A stretch of DNA of 61,749 nucleotides, filler included, from Sphacelaria rigidula (Eukaryota): assembly GCA_964200075.2 (NCBI GenBank). It is 11 parts of 11 records of this genome, joined end to end, with 100 filler letters (N's around TTAATTAATTAA, not from the genome) between each part and the next. Parts side by side here need not be neighbours in the genome. Positions count along the whole stretch, not along the records: positions 1 to 5,523 come from CAXNAA020026647.1; positions 5,624 to 11,146 come from CAXNAA020026648.1; positions 11,247 to 16,769 come from CAXNAA020026649.1; 8 more parts are not named here. The stretch is one strand, 5' to 3'. Numbering within the stretch: the first letter of the stretch is position 1; each line of letters starts with the position of its first letter. The position numbers and the translations under genes are program-made. The notes beneath the pieces are model-generated. The model saw nothing but the letters and a program-made list of their open reading frames with translations. It was not told the DNA's origin and did no database searches. Shown here one piece after another: positions 1-12,175 of the stretch.

Positions 1-379
1 ATTTTAGCGAAAATGCGTCCCGACGTTTTTATCAGAAATACGTCGAGTATGAAGAGGCGGTCAAAATGAACAACAAAGGACGTAGTATGCAGGCCGTCTT
101 ACTGACTGTTACTGAACTGGTGCCGAAGGGCAGTGGGGTGCCCTGGAGGATTGTTTTGTGGAGAATGCTAGCGCCGAGCGTGCGTCCCGCGATGGTGCAG
201 TTTTCAAACCAGGACCCGCTCAACTTATAAGACGTGAAATGTAGAATGGACTAACCCCCCGATGCAACATTTAACATCATCACATCATAGCCCTCCTTGA
301 GATGTGACAGAGGTGAATTGGCTGTGGACGTCTCTTCCACGCCTTGCTGAAGTGGTGGCGCCCTTTCGTCTCTTGCTCG

Positions 380-2579
380 AGGAGCATATGGTGAGCGACG
401 TCGGTCGTACAAAGCGGGTTGCTTCAAACAGGACAATCAAGGGGGCGGCGTGAACGTTTGAGCGTGCGCAAGCTTGGACAGCGGCGCAAGATTTGGTGGC
501 ACATACTGTTGCTCTGTCACATCCCAAGGAGGGCTATGAGGTTATGGTGTTTCCAGACGCGTCGGATCTTCATTGGGGTAGTTTCGTGACCCAGGTACCG
601 AGAGATGAATTGGACCGCGATATAGCGGTGGAGGCCATGAGTCATGAGCCCCTAGGGTCTCTTAGTGGGACGTTTCGAGGAGCGCAGTTGCGGTGGGCTA
701 CGGTGGACAAGGAGGGATATGCCATCGTGAGTACGTTTCGTAGGTTGGAGTAACTTTTGTGGAGAGGAGTGACCATATTCACGGACCATCGCAATCTCGC
801 TTATATTTTTTATCCCGAAGCATGCGTGACCACACTGGCGAAAACTGCCGCCCAGCGCCTTGAACAATGGAAGACTGTACTCGGGCAGTATGATTATTCA
901 ATCAGGAATATTTCTGGTGAGCGCAACTGCTAGGGAGATCTACTGTCCCGGTGGGTGAACGTTCCAGCGGTATCCGTGAGAGCCATCGCTGTTTTTGCAA
1001 GTGGAGAGCCTGATGAGACGCCACCGTCGAAAGAGGCCGTTCGTGAAGCCCAAGAGCAAGCCCGTGAGGGGTTAGGAGGTATGGTTGATGGGGCCGAGGC
1101 GTTTACTGCCGCTGTTGGGCGTGTCTTCAAAGACGGTGAGGGTTTGTTTCGCGTGCATGTTGCAGGAAGGGATGTATTGTGGATCCCACCGGAAGCGAGA
1201 GAACTACAAACACGCTTGATGGCATGCGCTGACATGAAAGGGGCTGGTCACCGAGGGGTTGTGGCAACTTTACAGCGCTCACAAGAGTATTGTTGTTGTT
1301 TCCGGATGGAGACTAATGTGACTAAGTTTGTGAAGCAGTGCCTGCACTGTTTGGATTCTAAGGCGGGGGAGAAGGTCCCGCGTCCCTTGGGGGAGACGGT
1401 GCATGGTACACGCCCAGAAGAGGTGCTGCTTCGATTTTCTCTACGTTGGCGAGAGTGCCCCCCTGGGAAATAGTGGCTTGGACGAAGGAGACGGGTTCAA
1501 GTATATATTAATCATGATGGACGATTTGTGCAACTTCGTGTGGTTGGAGCCCGCGGAGTCTTGTACAGCGGCCACGACGGTGTAGCATCTATTGACATGG
1601 TGCAAAACGCTGGGGTCGCCAGAGGTATGGGTCAGCGATACGGCATCGCATTTCAAGAATCGTGTAATGAAAGCGCTTGAGAAGGCGCTGAAGCTGGATC
1701 GCCGATTCGCGGTTGCTAACTCGCCATGGTTCAATGGCACCTGTGAGCGAATGATGCGTGAGATTGTTCGTACCTTGAAGGCAATGTTGCAAGAGGAAAG
1801 GCGTGATGTTCGCGAATGGATGAGTTTGGTACCTGCAGTGCAGTGGGCATTGAACACTGCTTTCCTAGAGCGTTATGCTAGCACGCCATACCATGTTATG
1901 TTTGGCCGGGCACCGCGCACCAGTTTCTCTACTTTGGCATCGTCAACTGGGGGCGAATGGAGCGTCGATGTGCTTGACGAAGACGCTCTGAGGCGACAGG
2001 TGATGTCAATCGTTGAGGCTCAGCAAGAGTTGCACAAGAAGGTGGTGCGTCGACAAGAATCGCGATCTGCAGAGACGTGTGGCTAGTAAGGGAAAGCTTC
2101 CTAACTTTGTGGTGGGCGATTACGTGCTGGCGGCGAGGGTCAGGCGTTCGGGAACTACGCCGAAGCTTGTGAGTACGTGGACGGGCCCTTGGCGGATTGT
2201 GACGGCGGAACAACAACATGTGTACGGGGTACAGAACATTCTGAGTGGCGAAGTATAGGATGTGCATGTCGCCCGCCTTCGACTTTATGCGGACAAGAAG
2301 CTGAAGATTACGGCTGATGTGAAGGAGGTGTTCCAGTATGCTTTTGCACAAGGCGAGTTCGAGATGGCGGCTATTGTCGGTATATCTGAGGACGAAGCAG
2401 GAGATTGATTTTATGTACAAGTGGAGCGGGTCGGATTTGGCAAAGATGAACACTCGTGGGAGCCTCTGGAAAATATTTTGGACGGAGCCCCGCAATTTGT
2501 AAAATCTGAGCTGCGTAAGTTGGGACTAAGTAAAAAGGTGCGAGTACGTTTGCAGGCAATGTATGGTATGAAGCTTTGA
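380..2579 (+). mobile_element. Degenerate Ty3/Gypsy LTR retrotransposon pol (RNase H, integrase, GPY/F region, chromodomain)
   Basis: Frameshifted, stop-interrupted ORFs give RNase H (VFPDASDLHWG, KEGYAIV, IFTDHRNL), integrase zinc finger (GHRG...CLHC), core (WVSDTASHF, NGTCERM, TPYHVMFG), WTGPWRIV and a chromodomain-like end (EHSWEPLENI). Stop TGA at 2577-2579. Start coordinate approximate. Confidence 0.93.
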
Positions 2580-2880
2580 GAATATGATGATATCGAATGC
2601 TACTGGTTGAAATGGTACTTTACTTGACACCTTTGCTTTGTGTGAGAATGCTTACGTGGAAATTACCTTTGAAGAATGGTTGACTTCCCTGAGTTCGCTT
2701 GAGACTTTGTCTTTGAGTGTCGATGTTCAAGGTTGTGCACGTTATTGTTTTTGTGGAACATGACAGTAAAAGGTCGTGTGTCACTACTGGGGGGACAAAG
2801 GTAGCATACTTGATAGTCGGTGTCTACTGTTTTGTCAAACTCGCGTTTTACTTCGAGTAGTGCGGAGTTTTGGGGGGTGC

Positions 2881-3421
2881 TGTAGAGTAGTCCACCTCCA
2901 GTACACGTACGTGCAGGTTCATGATGACCTACAAGTGGAACAATCTGCTGTAGGCGTTTTCTATTGGTTGACGGACTTGCGGGTCTGATCGGCAGACTAT
3001 GTGGATTTGAACATCACATGCTTCACGCATGTGGTTACTTCCGATAACAAAGGCTGTGTGTTTATGAATAACAACTGTCTTGAAGTCTCCAGGCCCTAGT
3101 GAGGGAGGAAACCCTTGGGGCAATCTTGTGACCTGGCTCTGAGTCCAGGGGGGCTCTATAGTGGATAGAGGCAATGAAGACGGAGTTTCATGGATTCATG
3201 GCAGCCGGGAAACTTACGGAAGTGACTGATATTCCTAAGGGGTTCAACTAGACGCTACGTGGTTGTGTAAGTGGAAGGTTGAATCGCATGGCACGGTTGA
3301 CCGGGCCGTATGGTAACTACGGGGTACAGGCAGGTAGAAGAAGCAGATACTCCGAGAAGTTTGTCCCTTTGGTCTCCGCTACTTCAAATGAATGAGTGGA
3401 AGTTATGGCGTGTGAGCTACA
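2881..3421 (+). mobile_element. Putative 3' LTR of the Gypsy element
   Basis: Begins TGTAG right after a G-rich PPT-like tract (GGAGTTTTGGGGGGTGC). A matching CTACA end lies at 3417-3421. No second LTR copy is available to confirm the boundary. Confidence 0.5.
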
Positions 3422-3547
3422 GTGAGATCTGAGGCGCTTGGATGTAGATCAGTCTTACATTCGGTCGGAGTTGAACACCGATATCTGTGTGATGCGTGAG
3501 AGGATCGCGTGCTTAGAGGACCACATCGGAATTTGAACATCCCTACG

Positions 3548-3592
3548 GTTAGGGTTTGGGTCAGGGTTAGTGTTGGGGTTAGGGTCAGGGGG
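3548..3592. repeat. Degenerate telomere-like (TTAGGG/TCAGGG)n tract
   Basis: GTTAGGGTTTGGGTCAGGGTTAGTGTTGGGGTTAGGGTCAGGG. Similar tracts occur at ~19376-19425, 22595-22618 and 47980-48010. Confidence 0.7.
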
Positions 3593-3944
3593 GTGGTACC
3601 TGCAGGGACTGGCCCGAATGGTTTCAGAAAACGTTGATCCTGGGGTGTTTTAAACAACGGCGAGGTCCTGTAAGCACGCGGTCCTCTCACCTACTTGCGC
3701 CTGCTCTGCAGTTGTACACCAATAACGAATGCGGTGTACACACGTGGCGATGACAATATCACCAGATAGAGAAGCAACGACAGAGAGGAAGCCCCTCGCT
3801 CGAGTCCTTCGTGTGTCCTCGCTCGGCGATTATCAATCGCTCGAGAGACTGGCATCATCGATGTTACCAGCATGTACTCAATTTCCATCTGCCAGAACAT
3901 CGCGCTGCGGAGAGATTTCGTCTCTTCTTGCCTGTTGAGCTCAC

Positions 3945-4089
3945 CAATGCGGAGATCGATTTCTCTCTGCCTCTCGTTTTGGATAGGACGCGCATCTGTG
4001 CGCTGAAAAACATGTCGTCGAAAAATAGGGCAATGTTCCCGTCACCGCTACTACTGTTCTCTGTCACACACATGCCAGCAAGGGCAGTG
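3945..4089 (-). CDS. Possible internal exon of an unidentified gene
   Basis: CTCGCCGCAG acceptor and GTGAG donor bracket an open frame TALAGMCVTENSSSGDGNIALFFDDMFFSAQMRVLSKTRGREKSISAL. No recognisable domain. Confidence 0.3.
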
Positions 4090-4427
4090 CTGCGGCGAGA
4101 ACAACAGATATATTCAATTTGAACTTGGGAAGTGTTATTCATCTTTGATTTTACCCGACATGTATGTGAGTAATCCTCTCGGTGCCCAACGACAAGAGCG
4201 CGCGAGACGCCAGTTGGGGGGGGGGAAGGGTGAGACATCAAACACTCGTGAAGACCTTCTTGACATGAGGAGAGAAAAAGAATACATACGGTAGTGATCT
4301 AACCGTTGCTAGCGGGGTGCAGAGGGGTGCGTCCATGCTGCAATCTGGATCACGCGCTGGCTGCGTGACCACCTCGGTACAGTAGCTTTCAAGAATCAAT
4401 TCCGATGCGAGGAGGTCACGCATTATA

Positions 4428-5523
4428 ACCTGGGGCGAGATATGACTCCACGAAGAACGAGGGTGCTCCGTGATCAACCACTTGTCGTTGCATTTGACAC
4501 CCACCTCATCAACCGCCGACCGCAATGGTCTTGTGGCTTTCAAGTAACACTGGCGGGAGTACGGCAGGCAAACACGATCATAGCTAGCTTTCGTCGCTCT
4601 ACTGGACTGGCTGGCGTCTGCACAGAGGTCGCCCGGCGTAGCAACATGTACCAAATTTCGCAACCTCTGTAAATTCAAAACAGTTCGGTTTTCCCCACAA
4701 CATACACATGGTTAAGAGGACTCTTGTGGTCTGAAGGGAAGTGGCCGCTTTGGGTCCGTCCACACGTGCGAAGATACTGTAGAACAGCAATACCAAACTT
4801 TGCCGACATAGAAACAGCAATTAGTACAGAACGGAACAAAAATTGACAGTTCAACGTTCTCATTAGAAAGCAACGGGCATTAAACAGCTTGCAGATTGGA
4901 AAACGCGGAATTTCATGCAGGACAACCTACATGTTTCCCCGCGAGTGTTCCATGCGCTTGCAAAATTCTGGCGTCCTTCTTGTATACCTGGCGGGGGGAC
5001 ACGGACGCCATAGTTCTTTCGACCACAAGAGTCTTTTTAACCATGTGTATGTTGTTGGGAAAACCGAACTGTTTTGTATTTACAGAGGTTGCGAAATTTG
5101 GTACATGTTGCTACGCTGGGCGACCTCTGTGCAGACGCCAGCCAGTCCAGTAGAGCGACGAAAGCTAGCTATGATCGTGTTTGCCTGCCGTACTGCCTTT
5201 AGCCTGCTCTGTCGTTTTGTTCGACCTCTCTTTCTTTTCTATATTTTCTGTTACAATTTTTTCTATGTTTTGTTTTGTTTTTCTTAGAGCGTCTTTGAAT
5301 TTTGTTTTTCTTGGGTACGTCTATCATGAGACTACGGCTGGACCCCTGGGGAGTCAGTTAAAGTGCGACAATCAATCATCAATCAAATCACTGCCGCCAG
5401 TGTTGCTTGAAAGCCACAAGACCATTGCGGTCGGCGGTTGATGAGGTGGGTGTCAAATGCAACGACAAGTGGTTGATCACGGAGCACCCTCGTTCTTCGT
5501 GGAGTCATATCTCGCCCCAGGTT
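4428..5523. repeat. Long inverted repeat (foldback), arms of at least 310 bp, right arm interrupted and cut by the contig end
   Basis: 4428-4740 is the reverse complement of 5014-5197 plus 5390-5523 with few mismatches. Confidence 0.92.
5198..5389 (+). mobile_element. 5'-truncated non-LTR retroelement 3' end (RTE-like or SINE tail) with (AATC)n tail and ACTGCC target duplication
   Basis: ACTGCC at 5192-5197 and 5390-5395. The other foldback arm lacks the insert. T-rich body, then core CTACGGCTGGACCCCTGGGGAGTCAGTTAAAGTGCGAC, then AATC repeats. Confidence 0.85.
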
Positions 5524-5623
5524 NNNNNNNNNNNNNNNNNNNNNNNNNNNNNNNNNNNNNNNNNNNNTTAATTAATTAANNNNNNNNNNNNNNNNNNNNN
5601 NNNNNNNNNNNNNNNNNNNNNNN
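5524..5623. other. Artificial contig linker N44-TTAATTAATTAA-N44 (also at 11147, 16770, 22393, 28016, 33639, 39262, 44885, 50507, 56129)
   Basis: Identical 100-bp spacer with stop codons in all six frames, recurring every ~5623 bp. Confidence 0.98.
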
Positions 5624-5715
5624 AGAAAAAATCCCAGATCGCTCCGGAAATCAAACCCCACAATTCAACCATCAGAAAGTTACGAGGTTACCAACTGAGC
5701 CACCGGGGCGACCCG
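5624..5715 (-). mobile_element. tRNA-derived SINE head (family 1), truncated by the contig start
   Basis: Minus strand has an A-box-like TGGCTCAGTTGG and a B-box-like GGGTTTGATTTCC. Homologous to 20616-20708. Confidence 0.75.
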
Positions 5716-5949
5716 CAGTACACTATAATAGGCACGTCTTCGACTGCGTGCTTCGCACATTTCCATCTGCTAGTTTCACCGAGTTTGCACACGTCATGCT
5801 CGCGACAATTTGCATATCAGAAAACACTGCTTGCAACTTGGCCGCCACTTTCAGAAATGACAGTAATACCAGCCCCCGAATCCAAAATTGCAGTGACAGG
5901 GCAAATGTTCATGGCTGCGGAACTGGGGGGAATAGACAAATCAGCCCCA

Positions 5950-6740
5950 CAGCATCACTGCTTGCTGTCGGCTACCCCACCCTCAGCCCGAAAATCTGCA
6001 ACCTCAGCTGTGTGCAGACCCCGCCATACCGGCACTGTCTGAGACGTCGACTCCTGAACCGGTCCCGGCGGCGGATGGGGCTGATGTGCAGGAGCTGGAG
6101 CAGAAGGCTGGGGCGACAACATAGTATCAGCACTGATATCACCCAACCCTTGGCTTCCATCCCCTGCAAAAACAGCCCTTGTGGAAGCCAGTACCTTTAC
6201 TGCCGCCCCGCTGACCATGTACCTGTTGTTGCTGCTGCTGCTGCTGCTACTGCTGCTGCGGCAACTCTGCTTGCCAACCTGAAGCACTCCCCATTGTACC
6301 TGCATTGCCCTTCTTTTCGACTGATTGCAGTTTATTAAGATCGTAAGGCAAGCGCCTTTTTGCTTTTTCCACGCCCGCTGCAGCTTCGGATGGATCGATT
6401 ACCATATCGGTCCAGTATTTGGCATGGCGTGCAATCCCTCGCTTCAGTTTGTCTTCTGTGAGTTCCGTCCCGTCAAAGATGGTGTCAGACACGCAATTCT
6501 GAACATGCTTGGGCACCAACTCTTGCATGATGAACAGTACGCTCTTTACGGTTCAACTTGTACTTACTCCTCACCACCGCCTCTTCATAATCGTGACGCT
6601 TTTGAAAAAAGCGTCTTTAGGCGAACAAGCGTCCATAATCGGGCACTTTCAACGATCCACTCAGAGTGAACTCGGTTACTCCGAATTTCACCTCATCAAC
6701 CTTCTCGCTGGTGCCACCTCCCCTTCGCGATACCATCTTT
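5950..6740 (-). mobile_element. Degenerate gag-like region of an LTR retrotransposon
   Basis: Broken frames ...FQKRHDYEEAVV...MQELVPKHVQNCVSDTIFDGTELTEDKLKRGIARH followed by a poly-Q/Gly-rich tail. Resembles stramenopile Gypsy gag from recall only. Confidence 0.4.
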
Positions 6741-8593
6741 TTGTTCACCAGTCTCCTTTCACCGCAGTCGACTTGGAGTTGTGTGGCAAGCGCCTCTCTC
6801 TCTCTCGACCGCTCTTTCCCGCCCTGTCATTCAACGAGCGTCCTCATATTCCGCACAGACTGTCAAGTCAACCCTAAGCTAGAAACCGACAAGTTGCCTG
6901 AATAAACGTTTACTGTGGATTTGTCTGAAATCAGAACAACAAGGTCATGTGTTACAGACGGTATAGTGGTGGCAGTTCTCAGCATTAGGCATTGCAACCG
7001 GCTTCCAGGAAGGCGACATGTCTCGTGGTCTCGAACAAGCATCCAGTTGAGTCATGTCATGCGCATGCAAATGCGTGATGACTAACATATACCATCTTGA
7101 CTATGCCGGAACAGGCCGCAAGTACACCATCTGTTTGTGCACTGAAAAATTATTATTATTATATTATCGTGACCACCATATTTCGATTATGGTTCAGGGA
7201 TCCGTACTGTATTGTCTCACCCTGTTCAGCAACCAACCAGCAAAAGCATAGCAAGAGGAAATACGTCCAACACAGTACAGTTCACATTGAACGGCAAGGA
7301 CCTTAATCACAGCTCCATAAGCGATTCAGTTTCTCTTTCGTGGTGGTGGTTTTGATAGCCTCATCAATGGATATATATATAAGCTCTTAGCTCGTCGTTG
7401 CTCGTAAAGAGAGTAAAACCAAAGGTCGAGCCGGGTAATGAAACCACGGCGCGCACGGAGGCGTGTCTATAAACGTTGCAACGGACACCACTACAGTCGT
7501 TTTCATCACTCCGGCGTGCCCACGCGTGGAATAGCCAACTTACCTGCGCCCAACTTACCTGGCGCCCTACGTGAGGTACACCATATAAGATCATCATCAT
7601 TTTGTGACATACGATTCCTGCCTCTTACTTGTTCCTTCGTTCTTATTCTCCTACATTAACCTATCCCTGATCGGCCTGAGCCGGGAGTCCCACTCTTGCA
7701 GCAAAACCATTCGCGGCTTGTTCATCAGAATCGCTCTCCTTGCTCCAGAACGGTCTGAGGGCTACCTTTACCTGTTATCGGTGGCTCCTCAGTTGGAGCC
7801 TCCCCTCCACCAGGGTCTTGGTCTGACTTCCGCTCTGCCTCTTGGACCGACAAAGGAGCTACAGCGGCTCCCCAAGCCTCTGGTAACTCTCATTCGTCAC
7901 GAGGCCAAATTGTAGCGAGCGTGCTCAAATCGTCATCCTCACCCTGAACATGAGTCAGGCTAAACAAACCTTCCGCTTTCTCACTTGATAGAACCGCCTT
8001 CATTATCCACGGGTGAACGAACTTAGCCACAATCTCTGACATGGAGTCATTATTTAGCGGGAATGTTGTCTCGTAACAGTCGGCCCACCTGCACGACTGA
8101 GACTGAGACGTGCTCAGTGAGACACCCAGCTCCGCTCAACACGGGGCAAAGAGCTCGTTCCCACCAGACCAGCAGAGCGCACCATCACAGCACTCTCCAA
8201 AATCAGCGCTGTCACAGAGGTTGATGAGAGGAATAACTCGACCAACTCTTTGGCGACGCTGGCTAACGCGGACTTCGGCTCGGTCCATTCAATTGGTGCA
8301 ACCCGAGTTGTACTGCCAACACTTCTGGTTGCACTTCTTCATCAAGGTTGTCGAAAGAACCGCGCCCCGGACTCGTACGTACTAACCTACTAGCCTGACT
8401 CCCTTTCCAATCTGATTTATTCCAACACAATCCAACCCCTTCCAGTCCGCATCAGCGTATCACGTCCAGGAATTCTTTGGCTGCCAAAATGTTTCCTCTA
8501 CGTCCAACTGTAAAACCTCATTCGGTAAATCATCACTCGTAAAGAACTTGGTGTAGACTCTAGTCACCATTGTTACCTAAGGCTAGGTACATT

Positions 8594-8917
8594 TGTAGGT
8601 GGAGTTGTGAGTCTGATTGCCGGACTCTGTGATGGGTGACCTCCATGACATGAGGTTTGGTTTTGCTACTCTGGTGGAGAGAGGCTATGGTCCTGTTCTA
8701 CTGTACTATGCTGAGGGTTCATTGATTGTCGGAGCACGCACATGTAGACGGTTATCTTTGAATGGATTGTCAGAGCGTGTACGAGTATAGACGTTCAACG
8801 GGAACTGACGGAGCATCCATCTGGTGGCCTCATGCAAACACATCATCATGCAGCTTCACTCATAGCCGCTCAATCGTTGTGGATCTGGGTTGATCATCAC
8901 ACTCATGAGTAGCTACA
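8594..8917. mobile_element. LTR-like segment with TGTAG...CTACA termini
   Basis: Inverted 5-bp termini. Shares a ~31-nt motif (GAGTTGTGAGTCTGATTGCCGGACTCTGTG) with the putative LTR at ~2974-3004. No target duplication or PBS seen. Confidence 0.35.
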
Positions 8918-11344
8918 TAGAAATTGGTAGGCGGGCACCAGAAATAACTGTTGACGAGCAACTGTTGCAGTCTTTATGCAGTCCTGTGATCCACAGCTGC
9001 GGTTTATATTAATCGAATAATGTTATATCCAGCAGTACGCCTGGAAACAACCACCCACGTATTCACAGTCGAAATGTAGACTATAAGTACATGGTTGGGG
9101 TTTGATCTCTTAAAATCGAAACAACTTCACATAACTCCTAATTTGCTTCACACATGCATGGCTCGTTTATTCCCTTTGGAGCTACCCACACCAAGGGCGC
9201 AAACGGTGAAACAGGGGGAACCACGTTGAGGTTACATCTATTTTCCATGACAATAAAAACATTCCGAGCATTAATGACCTGCCCCCCCTGACCAGGGGTT
9301 AGGGAAATATCTCATGTTTCGTTCATTCAAGCCTCGCAATTTCCGTTCACGGCAAATCGGCTGACATAGTACCGTGCCTGGTAGCATGCATGCAGAGAGT
9401 ATGACAGTACGGTTACACAAACAGTTTTCGTGCATTAGTGGACGGCGGCGTGACAATGTGATTCTCTATCAATTGCATACACGGTCATGTATGATATGCG
9501 ATCAGTAGGTGGCCTTCGTTTCCTAAGGCATGCTCTATCCATCATTATTTTTAGCAGATGGCATCTCGGGAGCCCCTTTATATTTCTTTCATATGCGAGA
9601 GCAGTTCATTAACTCCCGTCTACTGGTTAAATACTGCGGTCAAAAGTTTCACTCATGCAGCACGATCGCTACTACAATATATGTGTCCTTGCAGTGTATA
9701 TATACTCGAATTAACAGTACATGGCAGAGATGATCTAGGTATCTTCCACGGGCATCGTCTTACATTCGACGTTCGATGGTGATTCGCTACGGTTTGTCCC
9801 CACAATTGAAGCACATTACTCATTAACTGTTACCTTTGAACTGTTGGGTTGAGTACACAGGTGGGATTGAAAGGAGGAGATAGTGCAGGTCGTATACAAT
9901 CAGTACAGTCATTTTGTAGAGTCATCCTGAATCAGCATCACAGTAGATAAAGCGGTAGCATGTGGTTAAACTGAAGGGTGACATCCAACCCAATGTGCGG
10001 AGACACAAGCAATCTTTTTCATCCAGCGGATCTTGCGGAGTTTGAGTATGTGTGGAGCAGGATAGCGTGGTTCCATTTCAGCTGTATCAAACTGCAAAAT
10101 CATACCGTATAGCAACAGCAGCGTCAGTTGTGAACAAGTCTAATGTTAGTCGGTCCAGCGGCCCACCCCAAGCGTGTGTTTACAGCATTATGAATTAATT
10201 GCGAAGACCAAGATTGTTTTATCAGAAACAGCCCAGACGGTGGTGCGATATGCCTGTTATTTTATTTTCAAGTGCGGAACAATTGACCCGAACTCGTATG
10301 CAGAGCGAATCATGAAGGAGGGGATTTGACTCCGTCAAGCAATCGGTTGTCGGTGCAAAATACGACAGTTGCTTAAAGAGCACTTGCTTGCACATTCAAA
10401 CCAAGGTAACCACTCAGTCAAGACGTGAATGCAGCAATACAATTTTGTATGCACAGCGAGTACGGCGGTCGCAAGCAGTAGTACAGACAACGCAACACAG
10501 TACAATGTCTTGAACCCTCGACCGCGGTGGAGGTAGTCCATCTGCGTCATGCATCCTTTTTCCAAGTGAATATTAATGCCAATTCAGCAGGTGACCTACC
10601 CTCGTGGTCAAAGGGTTAATATTCACAACGATAGGGCGGCGCACAGTCCCCCTATGCGCGGTGTGTAGAGTAGCACTGGGGGTGAAGGTTCATCGCTTCA
10701 ACGTTTTCATTGCTGTATGCGGATGATCTGACCTGTCACGGCTAAAAAGCAAGCATGGCATTGTCTAATCACACGACGAAATCATCGCCTACGGAAAAAC
10801 TGAGCAGCTGCATGTGTTGTGACACCTGATTCAAACTGCTTGCAGTTGACATCGCAAGAAAAGCAATTCATTGGCTACAGATAGGTCGTCATGTGCTTTC
10901 GGGGCTTGACAAACATAACATCCAACAACAATACATGTCGTTAATCGAACAGCCATCCTTTTCAAGATCATCATTACCCATCACACGGCACCGATATGAA
11001 GCTGCAAGGGCATCATTGCGAAGGCTTGGGGTGAAGAACAACTTCAAGCCCAGTTGGCGTCGGTAAGCGGGGAATAACAGTGTTTTCGTGAGATTGAGAG
11101 TAGATGAAACGATTGAGAGTGAAAAGCGGTCAATCAGTGAATGAATNNNNNNNNNNNNNNNNNNNNNNNNNNNNNNNNNNNNNNNNNNNNTTAATTAATT
11201 AANNNNNNNNNNNNNNNNNNNNNNNNNNNNNNNNNNNNNNNNNNNNTTTTGCTGTTTCGCTTGCCGTGACTGTGATTGGTGTCGCCCCCGACGCCTCTTT
11301 TTTTTTTTTTTTTTTGGGGGGGGGGGGTGCTCTCGTAGCACTTG

Positions 11345-11560
11345 TCATTGGTTAATCGACTGAGTGATTGATTGTCGCACATTAACTGATCTCATACGAG
11401 TCATGTTCCAGCCGTGCTCGTTATCCACAAGAGAAATGCCATCCAAGATAAACAAAACGTCAACACTCGCTGAAAAAACAGTGAACGAAACACAACGGGT
11501 AAGAAAGCAAGCAAAGTATATTGAAAACAAACAGGGCATGGACAACAACAACAACAACAA
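11345..11560 (-). mobile_element. Non-LTR 3'-end copy of the (AATC)n-tail family
   Basis: Minus strand has a T-rich body, CACGGCTGGAAC...TCAGTTAATGTGCGACAATCAATC. Confidence 0.75.
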
Positions 11561-11879
11561 CAACATGTATTAGAGAGATACACAACACAGTACAGACGTA
11601 AAAATAGATATATATCATGCGTTTTTGAGCAGTCGGTCTCAGTCAAGACGAGTACGGTACCACCGCTGACCTTGTCTGGCACCTCTACTCCCTTGCTGAG
11701 TTGTCCCAAGGTCATGGTGCTGCACAGCAACGACTGTGTATCACGAGCGCGATCCCATACACTTTGAAGCCGCCGCTCTTGTCGGCAAAGCCCTGTATCC
11801 ACCCCGCCCCCCCACACGGCGCGCGCAAAAAAAAAATCGTGTGAGCATCAACAGCGATCATGGGCGGAGGGCGGAGAGG

Positions 11880-12175
11880 GGTGGGGCTTGCGCTCATGAT
11901 CTCGCATGCCGTCATGAGACCATTCACCTCGCATTCCTACAACGCCGGGACGGAGCACGCCGGGTTTTCGTCGGACCACGCTCGCACTCAATCTCCAAGC
12001 GTGAAGAGCCGTGATGTATATGGCGAGTCGCATGAAGAGTGAGCTGCGTCCTGATGAGATTGTTCGACCCAATTGAACTAATTGTCGTGCATTTGGATGA
12101 CAGCCTACGATACGTTGCTTCATATTCTGGTATCGCCACTTCCAGAGACAGCCACGGGTTGCACCGCCTCATGGG
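11880..12175 (+). repeat. Dispersed ~290-bp repeat preceded by a G-run (module C)
   Basis: Reverse-complement homologue at ~19035-19305. Partial copies at 16870-16936 and 33600-33638. Confidence 0.8.

Noticed and set aside
3548..3592. True telomere
   Set aside because: Short, degenerate and interstitial, with similar tracts inside other repeats.
5568..5579. Regularly spaced TTAATTAATTAA motifs as a biological periodic repeat
   Set aside because: Always embedded in N-runs of fixed length. It is an artificial linker.
12050..12100. Hammerhead ribozyme at CTGATGAG
   Set aside because: No properly placed stem II and GAAA, and the homologous copy at ~19135 reads CTGCTAAG.
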